Assembly: GCA_965248925.1 (NCBI GenBank)
Contig: CBDFLE010000006.1
Coordinates: forward strand, 4,864,001 to 4,928,000
DNA length: 64,000 nucleotides
From: Candidatus Multivoradales bacterium
GTDB lineage: Bacteria; Acidobacteriota; Thermoanaerobaculia; Multivoradales; J023
Direction: 5' to 3'
Below are positions 10,263 to 18,354 of this stretch, one piece after another; the stretch's first letter is position 1, and every line of letters starts with the position of its first letter. The position numbers were made by a program, and so were the translations under genes. Under the pieces are notes generated by a model. That model worked only from the letters and a program-made list of their open reading frames with translations, was not told where the DNA came from and made no database searches.

Positions 10263-10383
10263 CGATCGATGGCAGGGGGCTAAGGCACTGCCGATATACT
10301 ACGACCCGGAAACCGGCGACAGCTGGTCTGGCCTCGATCGCAGACCGAATTGGCTGAGAGAGCGGCCCGGCGAGACAAACTGA
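10255..10383 (+). CDS. Tiny H-NS C-terminal DNA-binding-domain-like ORF (start uncertain, possibly pseudogene)
   Basis: PIYYDPETGDSWSGLDRRPNWL resembles H-NS PKYxxPxTGxTWSGRGRxPxW; expected start position reads ACG. Confidence 0.5.
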   Translation, partial: TADDRWQGAKALPIYYDPETGDSWSGLDRRPNWLRERPGETN

Positions 10384-10559
10384 GAATACGCTGCAATCTT
10401 TGGCAGCCGTGAGTGCGGAGTTCTTGAGTCGAGGCTGGTGGGCGAAGAGTTTTCTTCGCTCTTTGGTAACAAAAAGGCCCGGGCAAACGACTATGAAGAA
10501 ATAGGGGAGCGATCTCGAATAGTTCGACTGTTATTCACTGTAGTTCCAGGAGGTTCATC

Positions 10560-11155
10560 ATGCGTTCTAAGCTATCCGCCAGCTTGATCCTACTCACCGT
10601 CTTTTCTATGCCCCGGTCGTTGCGGGACAGCGCATCAATACTTTGCTCAATTCTCTGGGTACTGGCAAGAGCGACGAATGGGGAACCATCAGCTTCTTTA
10701 CCGACAATGCCGAGGAGGTGCTCTGCCTGAGTGTCACTTCCCGTACCGACCCGCCGCAGTTTAACCCCCGCGCGGTGCGGGTGCGGGTGGAGTACGGGGC
10801 AAGTGAAAAGGCCGGCAAGCGCTCTAAGGCGCTCAAGTTCCGCCTCAAAGGCCGCGCCGAGAAGCTCGATAGTGGTCGTCTGGTCTGGTCGAACTGCATT
10901 GCTCGACCCGAGGTTTCGGCGGACGATCTGCTCTATGTCGAGGTGCTGCCTTTGCAGCGTCAGCAGAAGCTGGCCGGGGACAGCAATCCTGGAGTGGTCA
11001 ACCGCATCAGCATGCCCGTACCGGGGGTTAGCTTTGGCGCTGAAATCCGCCGAACAGGGACTTCAGTGATGACCTGGGTGCCGCTCGAGAATCGCAACTT
11101 CGACCTGGACGGCAGTCAGCTAGACGAAGTGGAGAAAGCATCTTCCGGCGACTAG
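10560..11155 (+). pseudogene. Secreted hypothetical protein, frameshifted in signal peptide
   Basis: AGGAGG RBS + ATG 10560 (MRSKLSASLILLTVF) is out of frame with APVVAGQRINTLLNSLG..; shift near 10605. Confidence 0.55.
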
Positions 11156-11159
11156 GCAC

Positions 11160-11870
11160 TCAGACCGAGCGGGTGATGCCACCGTCGACGCGCAGGTTCT
11201 GGCCGGTGATGTAGGCCGCGGCCGGCGATACCAAGAAGGCGGCAGTGGCGCCGATCTCGTCGACCGAGCCGTAGCGGCCGGCCGGGATCTTGGCTAGGAC
11301 TTCTTCGCTTTCCGGATAAGAGTCGATATATCCCGGCAAAATGTTGTTGATGCGGATGCCGTCGCCCGCGTATTGATCGGCATAGAGTTTGGTGAAGCTG
11401 CCCAGGGCTGCTCGCAGGCTGGCCGAGATGGGAAACCCAGGATCGGGCTCGTAGGCGGCGAAGGTCGAGATGTTGACAATCGCGCCCCCACTCTGGCGGC
11501 GCAGGATCGGCGTCACTAGCTGGCACATCCGCACTACGTTGAGCAGCACCAGGTCGAGGCCTTGGTGCCATTGCTCGGCGCTGAGTTCGAGTAGGGCGCC
11601 CTTGGCCGGGTGGCCAGTGTTGTTGACCACCGCGTCGAGGCGGCCCCAACGCTCTTCACACAGCTTCACCAGCGCCTTCAGATCGTCGTTCGAGGTCACC
11701 GAACCGTTGATCGCCACCGCGCGGTCTTGACCGAGTTCCTGTGCCAACTCAGTGGCGCCGCCGCCGTTCGACATCAAGGCCAAGCGAAATCCATCTTTGG
11801 CCAAGGCGCGGGCGATCGCCGCCCCCATACCCTTGCCGGCGGCGGTGACGATGGCAGCTTTCTGTGACAT
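11160..11870 (-). CDS. SDR family oxidoreductase
   Basis: TAAGKGMG, VNNTG, ITGQNLRVDGG motifs. Confidence 0.93.
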   Translation of the reverse strand: MSQKAAIVTAAGKGMGAAIARALAKDGFRLALMSNGGGATELAQELGQDRAVAINGSVTSNDDLKALVKLCEERWGRLDAVVNNTGHPAKGALLELSAEQWHQGLDLVLLNVVRMCQLVTPILRRQSGGAIVNISTFAAYEPDPGFPISASLRAALGSFTKLYADQYAGDGIRINNILPGYIDSYPESEEVLAKIPAGRYGSVDEIGATAAFLVSPAAAYITGQNLRVDGGITRSV

Positions 11871-12027
11871 GCGCGGCGACTCCCTGTTTCGTAGTTGCAA
11901 GGTACGGACGCAGCATAGCGGATTGTGGAGAGCGTAACTACGGCGCTGTGGCCGGGGTGGGCGGGCGTCTCTTCCTCGCCGTCTCCGGACTAGTTACTGA
12001 CTTCGATCAAGGCCGAACGGCTGCTGA

Positions 12028-12357
12028 TCAGCTAGTGGGTGGGCACCACAGACAGTTGGCGCAGTAGCCGCCAACGCACTGTGGCAAACAGGGACAGATC
12101 TTCGTGCATTGTTCGTCGTAGGTACATTGCCGTTTCTCGGCCAGGTTGGCGATCTCCATCCAGCCGGCGTCTTGCGGGCTGGGGGTGGCGGCGTCGCAGA
12201 GCGGAGCCGGCTGCGGCTGCGGCTGCGAGACCAGCAGCTCGGGCGCCTGGTCGGTGATCGGGGTGTCTGGGGTATCTGGGGTGGCCTGTAGCGGCAGGCA
12301 GATCAGGAGCAAACTAGCGAGCAGGGCAAGTTTCGGGGTCAAGCTACGATGGGTCAT
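12028..12357 (-). CDS. Secreted Cys-rich peptide precursor (signal-pro-KR-8 Cys core)
   Basis: GGAGG RBS before ATG 12357; signal peptide; Pro/Asp-rich spacer; KR then QCTYDEQCTKICPCLPQCVGGYCANCLWCPPTS. Confidence 0.75.
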   Translation of the reverse strand: MTHRSLTPKLALLASLLLICLPLQATPDTPDTPITDQAPELLVSQPQPQPAPLCDAATPSPQDAGWMEIANLAEKRQCTYDEQCTKICPCLPQCVGGYCANCLWCPPTS

Positions 12358-12538
12358 CAGAACCTCCAAGGTGTATGGGTCACGGTGTACTAAGTACGGT
12401 GATTCGAGTCGACGGAAGAAGAGACGTTGATCAGTATAGAGCACGCCTGTGACTTCTCTGGGCCGGGTGCAAAGGCCGGGGCGAGACTCTAGGTTGGCGA
12501 AATTTCTCTGCTCTCCAGGCCCCGCCAGCAGCGAAAAA

Positions 12539-15500
12539 TCAATGCCAATCGTGACTGGGGGTCGGTGCGAGCTGCTCGATGGGCCAGAACTTTTCCGCTC
12601 TGACCGATAGCGAGCCGTCTTTCTTTTGCAGAATCCCTTCGATGACCAGGCCCGGGGAGCGGGTGATCAGCAGGCGCTGGCGTTGCAGTAGGTCGGGGCG
12701 TACCAACGCTTGGGCCATGCCGGTTTCGTCTTCCAAGGTGATGAACAGCATGCCCTTGGCGGTGCCGGGGCGTTGGCGGACGATCACCGAGCCAGCAAAA
12801 CGCACCCGCTTGCCGGCCGGGTGCGCCGGTAGCTCGGCGGTGCTCAACACTCCCTGTCCCTTGAGTTTTTGGCGGGCGTAGGCGATCGGGTGATGGCCGA
12901 CGGTGAGGCCGGTGGAGGAGAAATCGGCGACGGTTTGCTCCAGCGGCGTCATCTCGGCCAGCGGCGAGGGGGTGCGCGCCGGCTCAGCGGCGAAGAGCGG
13001 TCCGGCGCTGCGCCCCAGACGGGCCGCTTGCCATTGCGCTTCGCGGCGGCTCAAGCCGAAGCCGGCCAGGGCGCCGGAGTAGGCCAGTTTGTCGAGCTGG
13101 TCGTGGCGTAGCCGGCAGCGATGGGCGAGATCCTCGGCGCTGGAGAAAGGTTGCTGCCGTCCCTCGGCTTCGATCCGCAGACCGACCTCGCGGGGTAGCC
13201 CGCGGACGTAGCGTAGGCCGAGGCGGATCGCCCCAGGAGGGCGACGCCGTCGATCTGGCGGTAGCTGCTCTTCGTCGTCGCGATCTTCCCAGCTGCAACG
13301 CCACTGGGAGCAGCGCACGTCTACCGGCCGTACCACCACGCCGTGGCGGCGGGCGTCTTGGATCAGGGTTGCCGGATGGTAGAAGCCCATCGGCCAGGCG
13401 TTGAGCAGCGCCAGGGTGAAGGAGGTCGGGTGGTGCACCTTGAGATAGGCGCTGGCGTAGGCGATCAGCGCGAAGCTGGCGGCGTGCGATTCGGGGAAAC
13501 CATAGAGGGCGAAGGAAGTGATCGATTGCACGATCTGGTCTTGTGCCTGGCCGACGATGCCGCGCCGGGTCATGCCGCGGCGCAGCCGCTCTTCGATCGA
13601 TTCCATCCGCTCGGCGGAGCGTTTGAAGCCCATCGCTCGGCGCAGTTCCTCGGCTTCGCCGCCACTGAAACCAGCCGCCACCATGGCCAGGCGCAGCAGC
13701 TGCTCCTGGAAAATCGGTATGCCCAGGGTGCGTTCCAGGATCGGCTGCAGGCTGGGGTGGGGATATTCCACCGGTTGGCGGCCTTGGCGGCGCTCGAAAA
13801 AGGGATGCACCATACCGCCGACGATCGGTCCGGGACGGATGATCGCCACTTGGATCACCAGATCGTAGAAGCGCCGCGGCGCGTTGCGCGGTAACGAGGC
13901 CATCTGTGCCCGGCTCTCGATCTGGAACACCCCCACCGTATCGGCGCGGCGCAGGGCGCGGTAGACCGCCGGATCGTCGGCTGGCAGGTGGGCCAGGTCG
14001 AGGTTGACCTTCTCCTTGGTGCGCACCAACGGTACTGCCTCTTCGAGGGCGTTCAACATGCCGAGACCGAGCAGGTCGACTTTGATGATGCCCAGGTCGG
14101 CGCAGTCGTCCTTATCCCACTGCACGACGACTCGACCGGGCATCGAGGCGGGTTCGAGCGGTACCACCTCGTCGAGCCGGCCGGCGGCGATCACCATGCC
14201 GCCGGAATGTTGACCCAGGTGGCGCGGCAGGTTGTGGACCTGCTGCCACAGTTTGCCGAAAAGTTGCACCCGGCGCTCCTCGGGATCGAAACCGGCGGCG
14301 CGCAGCTCGTCCGGTAGTGAACGTTGATCGCCGCGGCTGGCGTCGTAGCGCATCGAGCCGAGTTGCCGCGACAGCTTACCGATTTGCTCGGTGGAGAAAC
14401 CCAGTGCCTTGCCCACTTCGCGGGCCGCCAGCCGGTCGCGGTAGGTGATCACATTGGCGGTCATCGCCGCGCCGTGGGGGCCGTAGCGTCCGTAGACGTA
14501 TTGGATCACCCGCTCGCGCTTCTCTCCTGATGGCAGGTCGAGGTCGATGTCAGGCCACTCGCCGCGCTCCTCGGAGAGGAAGCGTTCGAAGAGCAGATCC
14601 ATCTTCACCGGATCGACGGCGGTGATCGACAGGGCGTAGCACACCGCGCTGTTGGCCGCCGAGCCACGCCCCTGGGCGAGAATGCCCTGGCGCAGGCAGA
14701 AGCGCACGATGTCCCAGACGATCAGAAAGTAGCCCGCCAGTTCGAGCTTCTCGATCACCGCCAATTCCTTGGCGATTTGCTCCTGAGCGCGAGCGCTGAA
14801 AGGGCGGAAGCGGGCACGGGCGCAATTCCAGGTCACCTCGCGCAAGTAGGAGCTGGCGCTCTCGCCCGGTGGCAGCGGATAGGCGGGAAAGCGGTAGCCC
14901 AAGTCGGCGAGGGTGAAGCTGCAAGCCTCGGCCAGGCGCAGGCTCTCGTCCAGCGCTGCCGGCAGGTCGGCGAATAGCTCGGCCATCTCGGTGGCGCTCT
15001 TCAGATGCCGTTCACGCTCCATCGCCAGCTGGCGGCCAGCAATGTCCAGGTGGGTGCCGTGGCGCAGGCAGGTGAAGACATCGTGCAGCGGCTTGTCCCG
15101 GCGCCTGGCGTAGCGCACGCCGTTGGTGGCGACCAGCGGCAAGCGCAGGCGTTGGGCGAGGGCCAGCAGAGCTTGGTTGCGGTGCTCCTCGTCGCGCAGC
15201 CGGTGACGCTGCAATTCGACGTGCAAGCGGCCGTCGAAGGTTGCCGCCAGCTGCTCGAGCACCTGCCGGGCGGCCCCCAGATCCCGCGCCAACGCCTGGC
15301 TCAGTGGCCCTTCCGGCCCGCCGCTCAGGCAATGCAGTCCAGCGGCATGCTCGGCCAACATCTGCCAGCTGACCCGCGGGTCGCCCTTGGGCCGATCGCG
15401 GGCGGCGGCGGTGAGCAGTCGGCAGAGGTTGCGGTAACCCTGGTGGTCACGGGCCAGGAGGGTCACCCGCTGAGCGCTGATCGATTGTCGACTGGCCTCG

Positions 15501-15901
15501 CGGCGGGTGATCCGCGAGCGTGGCCCGGCGCCGCGAGACAGGTCGTCGATCAGCGCCACCTCCGCGCCCACCAGCGCCCGCAGGCCGGCTTCCTTAGCCG
15601 CTTTGTGCAGCCGCGGTGCGCCGTAGACTCCGCCCCGGTCGGTCAGCGCGATCGCCGGCAGGCCGAGCTTGGCGGCTTGCTCGACCAGATCCTCCGGCGG
15701 CGAGGAGCCATCGAGAAATGAAAACGCTGAGATCGCATGCAACTCGGCATAGCGCCGCGGTGAGCGCTTGGGAGGCCGGCTGTAGGTGCGCCGCCGCAGG
15801 TTTTCCTTGCGCGCGCCGGGCCCCAGGGCGCGCCGTTTGCCGTCGCCACTGCTGCTGCCGAGGTTGCGGGGGGGAGGGGTGGTGAGGGTGGGTGGGGGCA
15901 T
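12539..15901 (-). CDS. dnaE2: Error-prone DNA polymerase III alpha subunit
   Basis: YAELH..S.FSFLDG, GRGSAANS, PDIDLD, YGFPESHAASFA, RQRPGTAKG, C-terminal SHDWH (SRDFH-like). Confidence 0.96.
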   Translation of the reverse strand: MPPPTLTTPPPRNLGSSSGDGKRRALGPGARKENLRRRTYSRPPKRSPRRYAELHAISAFSFLDGSSPPEDLVEQAAKLGLPAIALTDRGGVYGAPRLHKAAKEAGLRALVGAEVALIDDLSRGAGPRSRITRREASRQSISAQRVTLLARDHQGYRNLCRLLTAAARDRPKGDPRVSWQMLAEHAAGLHCLSGGPEGPLSQALARDLGAARQVLEQLAATFDGRLHVELQRHRLRDEEHRNQALLALAQRLRLPLVATNGVRYARRRDKPLHDVFTCLRHGTHLDIAGRQLAMERERHLKSATEMAELFADLPAALDESLRLAEACSFTLADLGYRFPAYPLPPGESASSYLREVTWNCARARFRPFSARAQEQIAKELAVIEKLELAGYFLIVWDIVRFCLRQGILAQGRGSAANSAVCYALSITAVDPVKMDLLFERFLSEERGEWPDIDLDLPSGEKRERVIQYVYGRYGPHGAAMTANVITYRDRLAAREVGKALGFSTEQIGKLSRQLGSMRYDASRGDQRSLPDELRAAGFDPEERRVQLFGKLWQQVHNLPRHLGQHSGGMVIAAGRLDEVVPLEPASMPGRVVVQWDKDDCADLGIIKVDLLGLGMLNALEEAVPLVRTKEKVNLDLAHLPADDPAVYRALRRADTVGVFQIESRAQMASLPRNAPRRFYDLVIQVAIIRPGPIVGGMVHPFFERRQGRQPVEYPHPSLQPILERTLGIPIFQEQLLRLAMVAAGFSGGEAEELRRAMGFKRSAERMESIEERLRRGMTRRGIVGQAQDQIVQSITSFALYGFPESHAASFALIAYASAYLKVHHPTSFTLALLNAWPMGFYHPATLIQDARRHGVVVRPVDVRCSQWRCSWEDRDDEEQLPPDRRRRPPGAIRLGLRYVRGLPREVGLRIEAEGRQQPFSSAEDLAHRCRLRHDQLDKLAYSGALAGFGLSRREAQWQAARLGRSAGPLFAAEPARTPSPLAEMTPLEQTVADFSSTGLTVGHHPIAYARQKLKGQGVLSTAELPAHPAGKRVRFAGSVIVRQRPGTAKGMLFITLEDETGMAQALVRPDLLQRQRLLITRSPGLVIEGILQKKDGSLSVRAEKFWPIEQLAPTPSHDWH

Positions 15902-15936
15902 GAGTTGGGCGTTTGAGGGTTCTTGGTCAAGGGATT

Positions 15937-15965
15937 AGTTTAGGCGTAAGTAGAGCGTAAGTCAA
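15937..15965 (-). promoter_or_regulatory. Sigma70-type promoter of dnaE2 overlapped by a direct repeat
   Basis: Minus strand TTGACT-N17-TAAACT; ACTTACGC repeated at 11-bp spacing (15944-15962). Confidence 0.6.
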
Positions 15966-16099
15966 ATTGGCCGACAACCCAATTTCTTGGATTTGCCGCT
16001 GTGTTTACGATTCGCTGCTGTCGAGAAGGGCGATAGGATGGCGCGGTCCGATCTACGAATCAAGCAGGTATGAGCCAAGCAAGATAGTGAGGAGCAAGG

Positions 16100-16690
16100 A
16101 TGAGTGAGATCTACGTTGTGCAAGTCGAACTCGAGAATGTCCATCCACGCATATGGCGCAAACTGGAGATCCGAGTGAATGCCACCTTCTGGGCTCTGCA
16201 CTGCGCGATTCAGAATGTGATGCCGTGGCAGGACTACCACCTCCACGAGTTTCGCTTTCCAGTCGGTGATGTCGATATGCAGATTGGGATAGTCGATCCT
16301 GGGCCGGATCTGGACCTGGAGTTCCTGACCAGCTGGGGCAGCCTGGTGAAGGATTGGTTTCCATCGTTGCCGAGTCAATGTCTGTATGTCTATGACTTCG
16401 GTGACAATTGGCAGCATCGAGTAACGCTGCAGGAGCGCAAGGAGGGGCGCCAAAATGTCCGCTATCCACACTGCGTCGGTGGAGAAGGCAGGTGCCCGCC
16501 AGAGGATGTCGGCGGCATCCCCGGATTCACTCGCTTCAAGGAGGCCATGGCAGACCCAGAGCACGAAGAGCATCAGGATCTCATCGATTGGTTCGGCTCG
16601 GTCTGGAAGGAGCTGAAGTTTGATCCGGGGTCAGTAAAGTTCAGCTCGCCAACCCGTCGGCTACGAGAGGCTGGCCTTGGTCAGGAATGA
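16100..16690 (+). CDS. Plasmid pRiA4b ORF-3 family protein
   Basis: PRIWR, LHCAIQ..M.W.D.HLHEF, Y.YDFGDNW.H, CPPEDVGG motifs. Confidence 0.92.
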   Translation: MSEIYVVQVELENVHPRIWRKLEIRVNATFWALHCAIQNVMPWQDYHLHEFRFPVGDVDMQIGIVDPGPDLDLEFLTSWGSLVKDWFPSLPSQCLYVYDFGDNWQHRVTLQERKEGRQNVRYPHCVGGEGRCPPEDVGGIPGFTRFKEAMADPEHEEHQDLIDWFGSVWKELKFDPGSVKFSSPTRRLREAGLGQE

Positions 16691-16728
16691 CCTGAAGCGC
16701 TACGCGCCGAGGGGTCGGAGGGTTGCGG

Positions 16729-16831
16729 CCGATCACCTAATCCACTGATCGATGAGCCCTGGGGAGTCCGCCGATCCCACCTCGGGGACCTCAATAGTGT
16801 CATCATCAACCTCATGGCCCACCTTGAGTAG
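16729..16831 (+). pseudogene. C-terminal remnant of VOC/glyoxalase-family gene
   Basis: PIT(Y)PLIDEPWGVRRSHLGDLNSVIINLMAHLE* resembles PLTDEPWGVRRFFVRDPNG. Confidence 0.5.
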
Positions 16832-16912
16832 GTGCGGCCCTACGTGCGAGCGAGGGCAGAACCGAGTTAGACCCACTAGTCACCAGGACCATCACTTCAG
16901 GGAAGCACCGAC

Positions 16913-17878
16913 ATGAGCGAGTTCGATACAGCCACTTTGCTTTGGGTCGACCGCGACTCTTTCTCCCAGGAAGCCGATGCCCGGCAGGCAGCCGGAAAGC
17001 TCTCAGAAGCAGGGCGCGAGCAGCTCGAAAGCTGGCGCCGCGACGGCTATCTGGCGCTGCGAGGCGCTATCGCGCCGTCTTTGATCGATGCGTTGCTCGA
17101 CGATTACGAACAAGCGTAGCGCGACCGCCCGCCGGTCCAGGTGTTGGTCGAGGGCAAGGGTGATCAGCTCTTTGCCAACGTTGCGCCGCGGCAGGAACTC
17201 ACTCATCACCACTTCCGTATCAACGACTTCCACGAGCATTCCGCCGCCGCTCGCCAGATCATGTTCGATGAGCGGGTGGTCGGTGCCCTCAGCGCTATCT
17301 TCGATGCGCCACCGGTGGCCATGCAGAGCCTGCTCTTCGAATTTGGCAGCGAGCAGCGCATCCACCAGGATTTCCCCTACGTTTCGGCGCAAATTCCGTC
17401 GCACTTGGTCGGCTGCTGGATTGCTCTCGAAGATGTCGACGAAGACAACGGGCCGCTGTTTTATCTGCCGGGATCGCACCGCGTGCCGTGCTTCGATTGG
17501 GGCGGCGGCAAGCTGATCTTCAGTGGCCGTGACGAAAGCCAGGTGGCCGCTTTCGAGGACTACCTCGAGCAGACCTGCGCCGCGGCTGGGCTGGAGAGAA
17601 TCACCCTGCACGCCAAGAAGGGCGATGTGCTGCTCTGGCATGCCGCCCTCGCCCATGGCGGCTCGCCGGTGCATGACGCTGAGCGCACCCGCAAGAGTTT
17701 CGTCATTCACTTCTCGACCCGCGAAGCTTATCCCCGTGATCGCCGCTGGCCGCACCGCGAGCCGCAGATAGAGGAGATTGGCGGCGGCTTGCTTTACCTG
17801 CGGCCACCGGGGGCGAAGGCGGAGCGCGGCCTGCTACGCCGAGTCGCGGGGCGGCTGCGACGTGTCTTGCGCGGCTGA
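16913..17878 (+). pseudogene. Phytanoyl-CoA dioxygenase (PhyH) family with in-frame TAG at 17117-17119
   Basis: HQD, WIALED..NGPL..PGSH, GDVLLWH..L.HGG motifs; both ORF parts are in one frame. Confidence 0.85.
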
Positions 17879-18201
17879 ATCAGCGTGGAGATGAGTGGTA
17901 CCTTGCGTGACTCACCTTCCTCGCGCTCTTCCCGCACCGCCGAGCGTACCGTGGCAGCCGCATCTTTGGGCTGAAGAAGATCCCAGAAATCGGCCGGCAG
18001 CCGATCACTACCCAGGCGGATGAGGCCGGCTGCGGCGAGATTTGCCAGTTCACCTTCGGTGTCGCGCGAGGGGCCCAGCACGGCAATCGGGCGTCCGTGT
18101 TCGGTGACTAAGATCTGCTCGCCAGCCTTGACCAGACGAAGGCTCTCAGAGAGTCGTGCCTTGAGTTCAGAAACCGACAGAGACTTTCCGGACAGATCCA
18201 T
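17794..18201 (-). CDS. Phd/YefM-family antitoxin (no adjacent toxin)
   Basis: SVSELKARLS..LRLVKAGEQILVTEHGRPIAVL. Confidence 0.85.
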   Translation of the reverse strand: MDLSGKSLSVSELKARLSESLRLVKAGEQILVTEHGRPIAVLGPSRDTEGELANLAAAGLIRLGSDRLPADFWDLLQPKDAAATVRSAVREEREEGESRKVPLISTLIQPRKTRRSRPATRRSRPRSAFAPGGRR

Positions 18202-18354
18202 CTGACTACTTTAGTCGTAGTCGTTTCTTCAGGCGAGCAAACTAGCGGATGCTATGCTGCCGGTTTCCATGTAGGAATCTCCCGCCTCGCCCTGTCCGCT
18301 TTCGGCTAGGTGCGTGTGGTGCGGGTGTCACCGAAGAATCGAGGTCGTGAGAAC

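Noticed and set aside
8418-10383. Intact prophage or ICE
   Set aside because: No integrase, terminase, structural or conjugation genes recognised in the window
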